A model generated the notes under the pieces. The model worked only from the letters and a program-made list of their open reading frames with translations, made no database searches and had not been told where the DNA came from. Positions 18,585 through 64,000 of a stretch of 64,000 nucleotides of DNA are shown one piece after another. The position numbers were made by a program, and so were the translations under genes. The stretch is from Bugula neritina (Eukaryota > Animalia > Bryozoa): contig OZ037768.1 in assembly GCA_964035545.1 (NCBI GenBank), positions 1,542,384 through 1,606,383 on the forward strand, written 5' to 3'. Every line of letters begins with the position of its first letter. The stretch's first letter is position 1.

Positions 18585-20774
18585 TCAAACTGGTTATGAC
18601 TTTACGCCTGCAAAAATATTATTTATTACAAATAATTCCAGAAGCATCCAGCTTACAATAAACCTTCTCTTTAAAACAACAGGAAAAAGCATAGCAGAAA
18701 AAAAACAGATTAACTTGGTAAAAAATTTGAATCTACATAAACGCTTTTGAAATGCCAGTTTTCATCCATTTTTTAATTTTATGTTGATTTTCATGAATGG
18801 CCAATTTAATTTTAGTTATCAAGACCAACTTCATAAAACTTTACTGAATAAAACCCTTTTTGTAAGTTTATAAAAAGTATAATACCAATAGTAATACTAA
18901 GTCTAATACTAATAAGTAATAGTATTATAGTAAAGTATTAGTAATACTAATAGTAATAGTAATAGTAATACTAATACTAATAGTAATAGTAATACTAACT
19001 CAAACTGTAACAGAGTTACAATTAGTATTTAACAATTAAAAGTAAATATAATAGTAATACTAATACTAATAGACTTGGAGTGATAGTAATGCTAATTGGC
19101 ATTGCTGTTGCAGTCATTGCCAGTGTCAGTCACTCAAAGTGAGAGTCAGACTCAATCAGTCAATGCGAGTGCCCTCCAACTTCAAGTTCAACTAATACTA
19201 TCAACTTAAAGTACGTCTATAAATTATTAAAACGATACTACTGACCAACTAAACTAAAAATTACTATACGATTAACAACATAATTCATTTAAAAAATTAT
19301 TTTCATATAAATATAATTACTAATTGTAATAGTACCTTGCTTTAAATATAAATTAATATCGTGTGTTTGAAATGGTTTAATAATTTTATTAGCTAAGAGG
19401 ATATGCAAAATAAAAAAATAACCTGGTCCGCTACAACAAATTTTGCGAACGGTTCCAGCCGCGAACATTTTATTAATTGAACCAGAATTTCACTTATTAT
19501 ATTATTTAGCATCAGTATGTACTATTCACATATGAGTTTTTATTTTAGTGCAAATTTTAGACCACATAAGTATATTTTATCAGAATTAAAGTATTATATA
19601 TTTATAAAATGGTTCATACTCAGCCCACTCATTCAAACTCTTGCTCTGATTATCATTATAAAAAAACTTCATTTTAATTAATAATTTTTCGTTTTGATTT
19701 ACTTTTAGAATTCAAATTCAAATTGAATTTGATGAGATTATCATTATGATTATTATTACCATGATCATATTGATATTCATTATAATTATCATCATCATGA
19801 TTCATGACATAGTAATACCAAGTTCAATACCAATATCCTGAATATGAATATATTATAATTATACTACTACTAGTACTTTAATTCTTATCCATGTCCATTA
19901 TCATTATGATTATGATTATCATAACAATTAATATTATCATTATGAATTTTGAATACCATCGCCTTGGGCTTGGCATCACACTCACATTCAGAGTCACTCA
20001 AAGTCCACGACAACCATTAAATTTGAGTCAATGAGTCAATCTGAATCTCAAAGTCAATCACAATAAGTATAACAATAATAGTGACTGATGACCTTGATGA
20101 CAATCACCGATATTCATCATTTTATAATTACTATAAGTATAAAAGAATAAATCTTTAAATGCACTTACAATTACAGTTACTCTTACAGTCTTATACTTAT
20201 AGTTATTCATTTTTATACTCACATTGATATTGTAACCACAGGCACAGTTATACTGATACTCATACTCATACTAATGCGTGATGCTGATAGACGATAGGCC
20301 TAGCAGATAGTGTTACTGATACTTAGACTTAGGTACTCTTACTCTTAGGTTGGTAATCATAGTCGTACTCTTACTTGAACAGCGTCAGTATTACCATCAG
20401 TATGACTATGAGTAATTCTTATACTCAGTCTAACACTTTATTTTGAATAGTGACATATGATTCACCATTTCAATCAGATGTGAAACCTCACCACTTACTT
20501 ACAATCAAGTTCCTTGTTGGTTTTGTTTTCTAAACCCTAATAGCAATATTCTACAAGACGGTTTGTGCTAAATTTTTAGGCTGGGTCATATTGAATTTGA
20601 ATTGATTGGTTTGAAATTTTGGAATTATTGAATATTGCTAATAGTATCCAAATTTTATGAAACTAATACTATAAATTATTTCATTATTTCATGCTGCATA
20701 TAATTCATTCAATTAATATTTGTTTTGTTTTTCCCAACATTCTCTATAGCACTTTTTTATTTTTTAGAGCTAAC

Positions 20775-22175
20775 ATGCCACGAACAAAAGAGAACCAAAA
20801 AGAAAGAGAATTGGTAGAGCTGAATTGTGAGTTTAGTGCCTGTACAGACAAATGTGTGGGAATGTTGAAATTTTTTGCTCACTTGTCTACACACATAACG
20901 TTGATGGAAAAACAACTAAGAGAACTTTCAGAGTTATCTGAGACTGAAGAGGATGTTGACCATACAAAGTGTGAATGCCCATGGAAAGACTGCTCCGCTG
21001 TGCTTCCATTCGCCAATGACTGGAACGCTTGTATTCGCCACCTGAACTTCCATGCTCATCATACTCACATAAAGGCACTTGGGGATTTGGAATTGAAGTT
21101 TCGAAAAGTTGAAGGGAAATGCACTAAAGACGGCTCAGCCCGAAACACTTTTCCGGAGCTTTCTGAAGACTTTGTTTGTTGCTGGAATGGTTGCGAATAT
21201 CAAACTAACAGCATTTGGCACTTCCACCGCCATATCTATATGCACTCGTATGATGCACCGTCATGTGACAAAAAGCTGAGATGTGACTGGAGCTCCTGCT
21301 CATTCACCGGAGTCCGCGGAAAGCTGGTTGCGCATCTAAGGGCTCACTCTCAGGAGAAGACGCATGCCTGCTCTACCTGCGGTGTCATGGTGTCCGTGTC
21401 CACCAGGCTAGAAGACCATGTCACTCGGCAGGTTACTGACAAACAATCCTATGAATGCTCTCATTGCTCCAAGAAGTTTGCCTCAGCACGGGTTCTAAGA
21501 GACCACTTAAGGAAGCATGTCAACATGTATGCCTGTATGTTCTGTGAAATGTCTTGCCCCTCTCCCTCCGCCTTGCGCATCCACATTCTGTATCGCCACT
21601 CGACAGAGAGACCCTATAACTGCTCACAGTGCTCACTCACATTTAAAACAAAGTTTGACCTCGCAACTCATAGCCTCACGCATGAGTACTCAGGGCAAAG
21701 ATTCTCCTGTCCCGTACTGAATTGTAAATATACTTCAATCAACTTAGGCATGATGCAACGGCATATAGTCACTTCTCATCAAGGTGTTAAAAAGATATTT
21801 GGTTGTCATCTTTGTCATGAAATCTATGCTCAAAGTGTGAAGCTTTCTAAGCATTTGAGAAAACAGCATGGGTTGACGCATCCTGCGGGTCATGTTAAGT
21901 TTCGCTTTGCACCAGACTGTAATGGGGTCTATCGATTAGTTACGCTTAGGTTCGAATGCTTACGGAATGAAGAAGAGACCTATGAAATGAATGAAGAAAA
22001 TACTTGTGAAATGAATGAAGAAAATGCCTATGAAATTTATGAAGAAGAAACATATGAAATGAATGAAAAGGATACCTATGAAGGAAATAAAAATGAGATT
22101 TATGAAATGAATGAAGAAGTGTCCGCTACTGCAGTCAACCCGATAACTGCTACTCACACACCTGGATACAGTTAA
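20775..22175 (+). CDS. HINFP: Histone H4 transcription factor HINFP/MIZF-like C2H2 zinc-finger protein, single coding exon
   Basis: About 9-10 C2H2-type fingers, RHLNFHAHHTHIK, HLRAHSQEK and the HINFP-type C-terminal motif PAGHVKFRF..GVYRLVTLRFE. The ATG at 20775 follows the acceptor tttttag. Confidence 0.85.
   Translation: MPRTKENQKERELVELNCEFSACTDKCVGMLKFFAHLSTHITLMEKQLRELSELSETEEDVDHTKCECPWKDCSAVLPFANDWNACIRHLNFHAHHTHIKALGDLELKFRKVEGKCTKDGSARNTFPELSEDFVCCWNGCEYQTNSIWHFHRHIYMHSYDAPSCDKKLRCDWSSCSFTGVRGKLVAHLRAHSQEKTHACSTCGVMVSVSTRLEDHVTRQVTDKQSYECSHCSKKFASARVLRDHLRKHVNMYACMFCEMSCPSPSALRIHILYRHSTERPYNCSQCSLTFKTKFDLATHSLTHEYSGQRFSCPVLNCKYTSINLGMMQRHIVTSHQGVKKIFGCHLCHEIYAQSVKLSKHLRKQHGLTHPAGHVKFRFAPDCNGVYRLVTLRFECLRNEEETYEMNEENTCEMNEENAYEIYEEETYEMNEKDTYEGNKNEIYEMNEEVSATAVNPITATHTPGYS
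21968..22119 (+). repeat. Coding 24-bp tandem repeat (EExYEMNE) at the HINFP C-terminus
   Basis: About 6 copies of tatgaaatgaatgaagaa-like units, in frame. Confidence 0.85.
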
Positions 22176-22988
22176 CATTCTTATTCTTTTAAAGTTTCTT
22201 AAGAATTGCTAATTGTAAGATTCTTGACTCTGAATATTCTTTCTAGCTATTTGTGATGTTGACAAGCAAGATTCGTAGATGTTAGATTTATTTATGGTTT
22301 TATGCTTATATATGTATACTAGTTGTCTCAACCATGGTTTCCCTCTAATTAACTTATAAGTCTTAATAATATAATTATATCTGTCAATTAAAATGTGTCT
22401 GTTAAGCTGTCATGTTTGATTCAGTTTTTTGTGAGTAAAAAGATTAGTGAAGTATTGTTTTTGTAATTGAAGCTCATCATAGCAGTTGTAATGTTTCTGC
22501 AATCACACAATATGCTTTCTATACAAGTGTAAAGTATCTAAAACATAAACCCAAAACAAAAGTATTAACCATTATAATTGTTGGACAGAACTGTACAGAT
22601 ATAATAATTAACTTCATATTATTACAGCTATGCTCTTCTCCATTTCTACTGCAAAACTCATCTTGAAAAATTCAGAGATTATGCCTTTTTCCCTGAATAA
22701 TGAACAAATAGAAACAGTAGCTATAGCAAAATTCATTGTATCAATTATAAATTATAATCACTTCTGGAAAGATTTGCCAGACTACACCAAGTAGGCCTCC
22801 TATTGTGTTTTTGAGTTGTCTATTCTACATAAATTATAATTCTTACTTAGAAAATAAATAGATGGAGTCGCTAAAAAGTTTTGAATAATTCTTTCATGAT
22901 CATTGAAAGACGGATTGTTGCCTACTAATGTCCAAACGCATTTTTATAATTTCAAATTAAAAAATGTAATTATGATCTTTACTACACA

Positions 22989-23141
22989 AATAATTCTATA
23001 AGCAGCTCCAAGTTAGCGGTAAATGAGTGCAGTAACTTGGACATCTCGAGTTTGAAGTTATAGGGGTTTCGGGTCGAAACTCGAGAATCACAAACTATTG
23101 CACTAACTCACTCCCAACTCGGAGCTGCTTATAGAACTATT
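22989..23141. mobile_element. Palindromic MITE-like element of about 150 bp
   Basis: ttctataagcagctccaagtt pairs with aactcggagctgcttatagaa; inner arms are agtgca/tgcact and ctcgagttt/aaactcgag. Confidence 0.6.
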
Positions 23142-24506
23142 CTCATTAAATAGAGCTACAAGTACCTACTGCCTAAAATTTCACTCAAGAACTTTATAAA
23201 ATTAAATTATTAGTAATACTAATACTAAGAGCATAAGTAATTGTAAAAATCATTAACTAATACTAATAGCAATAGTTATTATTATAACTGTATTACATAA
23301 AACTAAATAAGTACCAGTCTTAGACATATATTATTATATGACATAATACTAACTAAATTACTATTACTATTAATATTTATATTACTATTACAGTAATAGT
23401 ATTACTATTAGTATTACTATTAGTATTAGTATTACTATTAGCATTAGGGAATTGAATAGCTTCAACTTTAAGTTTAACTTTAAGTAATAAGTGACTCTCA
23501 CTCTGACTGTGATTAGGTTTAACTTTAACAATAATATTAACTGTTGAAAAGTATGATAATGATATTTGTTTACTGCAAATATTAGAAAATGAAATAGAAA
23601 TAAATCAAATATTATTTTACTGATAGAATTTACTTCTAGCAAGTTCTGAAGGTGAAAGTCTCAAGTGGCATTTAGTGATACTGATTATTGTTGTAGACAG
23701 AAATACTCATATTGCTCTTGAAATGTTTAGTGTTTTATTTTTTTAAATTGGTAAATTTCATCAATTGTTATTGTAGCAACAAGTAGTTTGCTCATTGCTT
23801 GTGCTGCATCTGGTGTTAGATGCACTAAGCTGCAAATTGCTTTGCAATCCGTCCTACAAGAATTTATGTTCTTTATTGTCTTTCTTCACAATGGTGTCAC
23901 CACATGCAATGTTAATTGAGTTGCATTTACCTTCCTAAGGGTAGTCATGTTGCTATTTCCGAAAAAAGCCAATAACTTTAGTAAAGTTTATTTTATCTAA
24001 ATTGTCTTTGTATTTTCTCAATATCACTATGGATACATTGGGATATAAAATATATTCTTGTTTAGCAGTCTCTGTGTTTGGATCAGGAGTTCAACTTTGA
24101 ACTGATTATAAACTGTTTTTTGTAGAAGTTTGAATTTAAAATACATGACTTGCATTTATATTATGTTCTAGCACCTCATAAATTATGTGCAGCCCCTCTG
24201 ATTTAGCTAATTAAGTTTGTTGAATAAATACAAAAATTTAATAAAAAAAGTATTAAAAATTCTATAATCAAGAAATATAGAATGTTTAATATTTTTTTTA
24301 TGAACAGCCATTAAATTAACTTTCTGCTACCACAGATCTAAATACATGTAGCATTTTTAAAGTTGCTTTTTGTTATACTTCAATCTTTATTAAATAACAC
24401 TATCATTCTTGTAGGGTGCAGCTCATATGGTCATAGTATAACCAGTAGTTTATTTATATTCACAGGATTATGCTAAACTTGTTTTTGGTTTCACAGATAT
24501 GAGCCA

Positions 24507-27705
<3,199 letters not shown>

Positions 27706-29033
27706 AACGGATTTTTCAGCAATCCATTAAATTAAATTGTGTAAATATTATATATTTTTGTGTCAATAAATCTAATTGATGGCATTAACTGCAGCACTTA
27801 TAGCTTTTGCTGGTGTTTTATTATGGTTGTCATGAGAGTCGGCCATGTTGTAAAATATGTGACAACATGTTGAATACAGATATTGCTTTGTTTATAATCA
27901 GCACCTTAACAGGAGACCATCATACAACACTTGTCTGTTTTATACCTCCTTAGAAGTCTCTTGGGATGATTTGTATACTGCCATTTGATTGGCTGCGTCT
28001 GCATGTAAACATATAACACCACCTCTGGTTCACCTGTAATCATAGTAGAAACCAATCAACAACTTGACCGGCCACTAAAACACTAAAACTCCAGTGACCC
28101 TGAAATAGCTCCTTATTCTGCTGCTGTAAACATGCTGACTAAACTAATTCTATCGAAATGACCTACTCTCACACCAATTATACAATCTCACATTCATTCA
28201 TTAGGCCTTGAGCCTCAATTAGAATGTATTGTATTGTATCTGTGCCCTTGTAACGACTAAAGATTCTCTATATAAAGTCAGAATAAATGACTGCTAGGTC
28301 CTCAGGGAATTGCCCAACAATCTTTACCTGGCTAATAGACAATTATATTCACTAGAGGTAAACATCATGCTTTTAACAGTATTATTTATGATTTCCTTAC
28401 GACTGATTGCCTGCGGACATTTTAATGTGCACACCGACATTGGCAAGACATTCTCTTGACTCGAACTGTAGGTGGTAGAGGAGGCAAAATATTCTGTTCA
28501 GTAGTGCTCACAGCTCTTAATTAATTCATACTTAGTGTAATGCATTGCAACCTCTCTGGACTAGAATATCTCTGAATAATTTACTATCTGGATAATATCT
28601 TCGCCGTGTAAGTATTAATACTTGTCAGACGTTGTAGTATTTACTAATATAATAGACATTTTACAACATTAAAAAATTTAATATAATTAAGCTTTGCATG
28701 ATTATTAAAATTCTGCTGTACGCTATTTATGTTGTATAATATATGAAGATGGCGTTGGGAAATGAACTGGGTATAGCCAATATAGTTTAAGCCTATACAA
28801 AATTGAACAAACTCAATTTCTAAACCTCATGAAATAATACATTAAGATAACTTTAATTTATTGCAGACAAATTTCCAACTAATGTCAGCAAATTTGTACT
28901 ATAAGTTATTTCAAAGTGGTCTACACATATAACTACCGCATAACTATTTAACTATCCTTGTTAGTCACAAGTATAGCATATTAAACTTTTTGTAACTACA
29001 ACAATAAATCCTGATGTAAACACAGGTGCTATA

Positions 29034-60000
<30,967 letters not shown>

Positions 60001-62133
60001 CAAAGGTAGTTAATGGAAATATTGCGTAATCATCGTGAAAAACAATGTTTACTTTTCAAATGGTTGAGCAGTATTTTTTGCACCTTACATCACACAATCT
60101 GATTTTATAGATACGCTAAATTAGGTAAGATGCCTTATCTATCTTCTAGATTATTGAAATACCTCACCTATAGTTGTACAACTTGCAAAGTAGTTAATTT
60201 GTTTTCTCCAACCCTACCCCAATCATGATATACTTTAGTTTTGTTTTTATGCAAGTATAGTTGCACATAAATTTTGTTCCCACTTGGGCACTTCTTATTC
60301 TCTTAGAAGTGCAGCAGATAATATCTTTTCTATTTTATTGTTATTCAGTGGAAGTGTAATGTAAGTATTTATAATAGTGATATGCAGTGTCATTGTGAAC
60401 CTAACATTACTTACTTTGCTATTACAGAGTCCATTTGTATTTATTTTGTTGTATTGCTACAGTAGGGCCTAGATAGTCCATATATCAGTGTTATATAACG
60501 CTTAGCTTGCCAATGCCATCTAGTAACACTCTTTAAGTTGATACTAGAAGTCCAATGTCTTGTATTATACTCTATATACTTTATCTATGGTGCTATATTT
60601 TTAATGAAATGTACACATAGTAAAAGAAATGACACAGTTGAAATCTTTGCACTGTTATAGTCAAATAAGTTAATGCCTAGTCATGTCTACACATCCCTAA
60701 ACCTCTACACTGTGCGATATTCTAGCTGAACAGCACAAAGTTTTGTAATAAAAACAAGATCAAACTTAACCTCTCCTCATACAAACTTGTAAGTTTTCTG
60801 TGGCAGTCATATTTATAAAGAAACTCCACCTGCCTATAGCCATATAATTCCTCCATCATCTTTATAGGGGCTATGAACCTAGTTCCCAAACTATGCAAGC
60901 GACATAGTCTGGGGGCTTGCCTGTCGTCACATGTGCTATTTAATATAGTCGTTCTCCCTGACATCAACAGTAGTTACACAATGGGGGGTTATCTTTTGCC
61001 CCCCTTATCAAAGTTATATTCCCAGCTGCTGTATCTTTGCTGCCTATTAGTCATCTCAATGGATATCCCTTTCATCCTTATTTCATGGTTATAAACCAAA
61101 ATCTTATGATGGGAATTTCGGCTTGAAGTTAGAAGTTCTAACAAAATTTTGTGGTTTGTTGCAGCCATTTCAAGATCAACTTCAACAACAGGGTTGAAGT
61201 TGGATACAAGAGAGCTAAACTCCCAGCTTCCCAGATCTTTGTCAAAACAGACGTCCACCACAGGAATTAGTAGCCTCAGTTCTAAACCTTTTTTCACTTG
61301 ATGAAGAGAATTCTCAGCTTTCTAATGAATTAAACCGAATTGATGGGAAGATTGCACTATTCCAATGCTACTTTTCACACCAGATATATTAAATACTCCT
61401 GTATATTTTTGTGCAAATTTTAGAATTGGTTGAGAATTTTTTTATGAAATAGATTTGCTGTGGCAACATTTGGGACATAACTGTAAGATGGTTGGTCACA
61501 TGACTTATTATTACCATTTACCAAACAAATGTTTATAGTGCATCAGTGTATTGTGTTATTTGATAGGCTGCAAACACTCCAATATAGTGACCTGCCTGTA
61601 GTATAACCTACTTTTTGGTTATTGAAGCCAGTATCATATTACGGACGGTATCCTATATTATACCAAAGTTTCAATATTCAAATATCTGTAAGATTTGCTG
61701 TATATGTAGTAGTCGGCACTCTAATTCTTATCTATTTTAATCATAATATTATATACAATTTTGTATAAATGTTGTAAATAAAAACTTTATTTGTATAGAA
61801 AAATATAACTGAATTGGAGTTGTAACTCTAAAGTAAGATAAGTAAAGTATCTCTTGAAGAATATGGGTAATAGTTATGGCAACAATCTAGTAGTGTGGGT
61901 ATACTAAGTTCAAAATGTACAGCAACTAATGTATATTATGATTAACTACAAGATGCTACTTTTTGAAATTTATTAAATTTCACGCTTAATGGTAAATCAT
62001 ACTTTATTATAATATATCGAATATACAGTATATAATATTGAGAGTTAGGATAGAGAAATACTGAGATTAGGGTTAGAAAAGTATTGCATATTATAACATG
62101 CTAGATGTAGTATGTAGTCTCGCACACTGACTG

Positions 62134-63614
62134 TCATTTCTGAGTTGAGAGTGTAATCTGTAGTGTACTGATGTAGAGTTTGTCAGGGGGAGGGGTGTAG
62201 ACAATAGGAATGCCATAAATAGGGGTGTATCCATACGTTTCAGCTAACGCTTCCTGTAACGCCAAAGTCATCGACAGTTTTCGAACCTTGAATAACAAAA
62301 TTCAACACCATAAAATTCTCAATGGCAGCCATCATTCATATTATATTTTCTAGTCATCTATATTTATATAACATCTATAGCAACATGATTGCCAATATAA
62401 TATATTTATATGCGTGTGTATCTATTGTATAAACTTCCTATACACATATCTATATTTATCTATACACTTATAACATATTTATATCTACCTGTACATATCT
62501 GTATGTTTACATCTATTTATATTATGCCTGTATCTTCATTATTATAAAATGAGGATTTTGGAGCTGAAGTTTTAAAGATAGAAAATATGAAGTATTAAAA
62601 AGTGTGTATAAATAACTAGAATATATAGTTCTACAATGACCGTAATAAGGAGAGTCAGCAGAGTCAAATAGGCCAGTTGCAAATGGCCGACACATAATAT
62701 TGCAAATGGCTGACGCGTAACGTTACAATTGACTGATATATAAAGATTAAACAGCACATAATTTTAAAACCACAACTAACATATTATAAAAGAAGAAGGC
62801 TTTCCTTTCTTTATAGAAGGATTTTAGTAACTTGTGTTTAATAATTTGTATAAATCTGTCCTGATACAGTTTTAACTCTATATTACCCTCAGATCTGCTC
62901 AGCATTTATGAGGTGGAAGGCCGAAGTTTTAATAACAATATGTCAAATTAAAAGTAGGCATCTCATGGACTTACATCATTTACACCTTGGAGTAAAGTCA
63001 AATTATAGTAAGTTTAGCAGCTTAAAATAATGTTCTGTTTTCACACTGATCTGAGGTTTAGAAATTGGCAGGATTTACCCCTATGCCAAATCTTGAGACA
63101 CAACTTAGTTATAAGAAATAAGGCTAAACTGCCAAATTTTCATATAATAGAGCAAGTTGAAAATCATGACACACATACAACAACTTTTATGATTAGTATT
63201 TAGTATTTGCTAGCGTCACAGTGTTTTATATTTTGTTGCCTACATGCGACCTATATATATTCATTATTTAGTCCAAACCGTTTTGCTGCTAATTTAACAC
63301 CAACAAGCTCTCAACACCTCGAAGAACGACCATAATATGCTGTGCTGCTGATACATATGGTAGATATAAGTTAATTTAGTAAATACCTCTTTGTTAGTGC
63401 TATATTTCCTGGATCTGTTGATATTAGCATCGGTCCTGCCATGTAAGGTGGAAACTGGGTTATTTTGAGCTGCAGAATACCTTCTAGTAAATTGATTATT
63501 GCTAGTCAGTTCACTTGAGGGATTGGACATGAACGGCACCGGCTCGCTTCGTCTTCTTGCTCCAGAATATGGTAATGGAGCATCAACTGAATACCTCCTT
63601 GAGTGCTTCTCCAT
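62134..63614 (-). CDS. Putative two-exon 126-aa protein of unknown function, rich in RRxS motifs
   Basis: Exon 63614-63387 (ATG with an in-frame stop upstream; donor GAG|gtattt) joins in phase 0 to 62286-62134 (acceptor ttcaag|), giving VRKLSMTLALQEALAETYGYTPIYGIPIVYTPPPDKLYISTLQITLSTQK*. Confidence 0.55.
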
Positions 63615-64000
63615 GAAGAGCTGATGCTGCTACTAGATGCTGCCAGCTCTAACACAGTCTCGTAGTAAAATGATTTAATATTATGTCATACTATAGCCTT
63701 CGGTTCTTCACTGATAAGCATTTATGATACATTTTAATTGATTTATTACATAACATGTGTCAAATATCATACAACCTTTTATCAAGAGACAAATAGAAAC
63801 CTTTATGTAAATGTTAACAAGTATGTACAAACTTTTCTATCAGCATATAAAGTAGAGCTATTATATCATAGTAATAGCCTATGGCTAGTCATAAAACAGA
63901 ATACTAGTTGAGATAACAGTCTGTAAACACATTACTAGGCTGGTCAATGACTCCTTCCCACTGACTTTAGACTCCAGAGAACAAAGATATAACTAACTTT

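Noticed and set aside
20691-20774. N-terminal extension of the HINFP ORF
   Set aside because: T-rich sequence ending in tttttag looks like an intron 3' end; the ATG at 20775 is preferred.

Overview
AT-rich, intron-containing animal (invertebrate-type) genomic DNA. Host genes in order: the terminal exon of an unidentified gene (+), a LIV-1/SLC39-family ZIP metal transporter (+), a STRAD pseudokinase (-), an HINFP-like C2H2 zinc-finger gene (+), mitochondrial phenylalanyl-tRNA synthetase FARS2 (+), a PDE1-type Ca2+/calmodulin phosphodiesterase with three candidate first coding exons (+), and a small two-exon orphan gene (-). The main feature is a full-length, very young Ty3/Gypsy LTR retrotransposon (4940-12724) in an intron of the ZIP gene. 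It has 349-bp LTRs that are identical by eye, an ATAT target-site duplication and a tRNA-Leu primer-binding site. Its organisation is unusual in three ways. (i) Gag joins protease through a canonical -1 slippery site plus stem-loop. (ii) Protease joins RT across an in-frame UGA-CUAG, which is either a readthrough signal or a nonsense mutation. (iii) Pol continues about 520 aa past integrase into an acidic tract, two C2H2-type zinc fingers and a regular leucine-zipper-like coiled coil, while the LTR U3 carries six phased CCGA-N3-TCGG palindromes that recur twice inside that extension. Together these suggest a self-encoded transcriptional regulator with cognate sites; this is a hypothesis. All coordinates and splice models were read by eye and no database searches were run.
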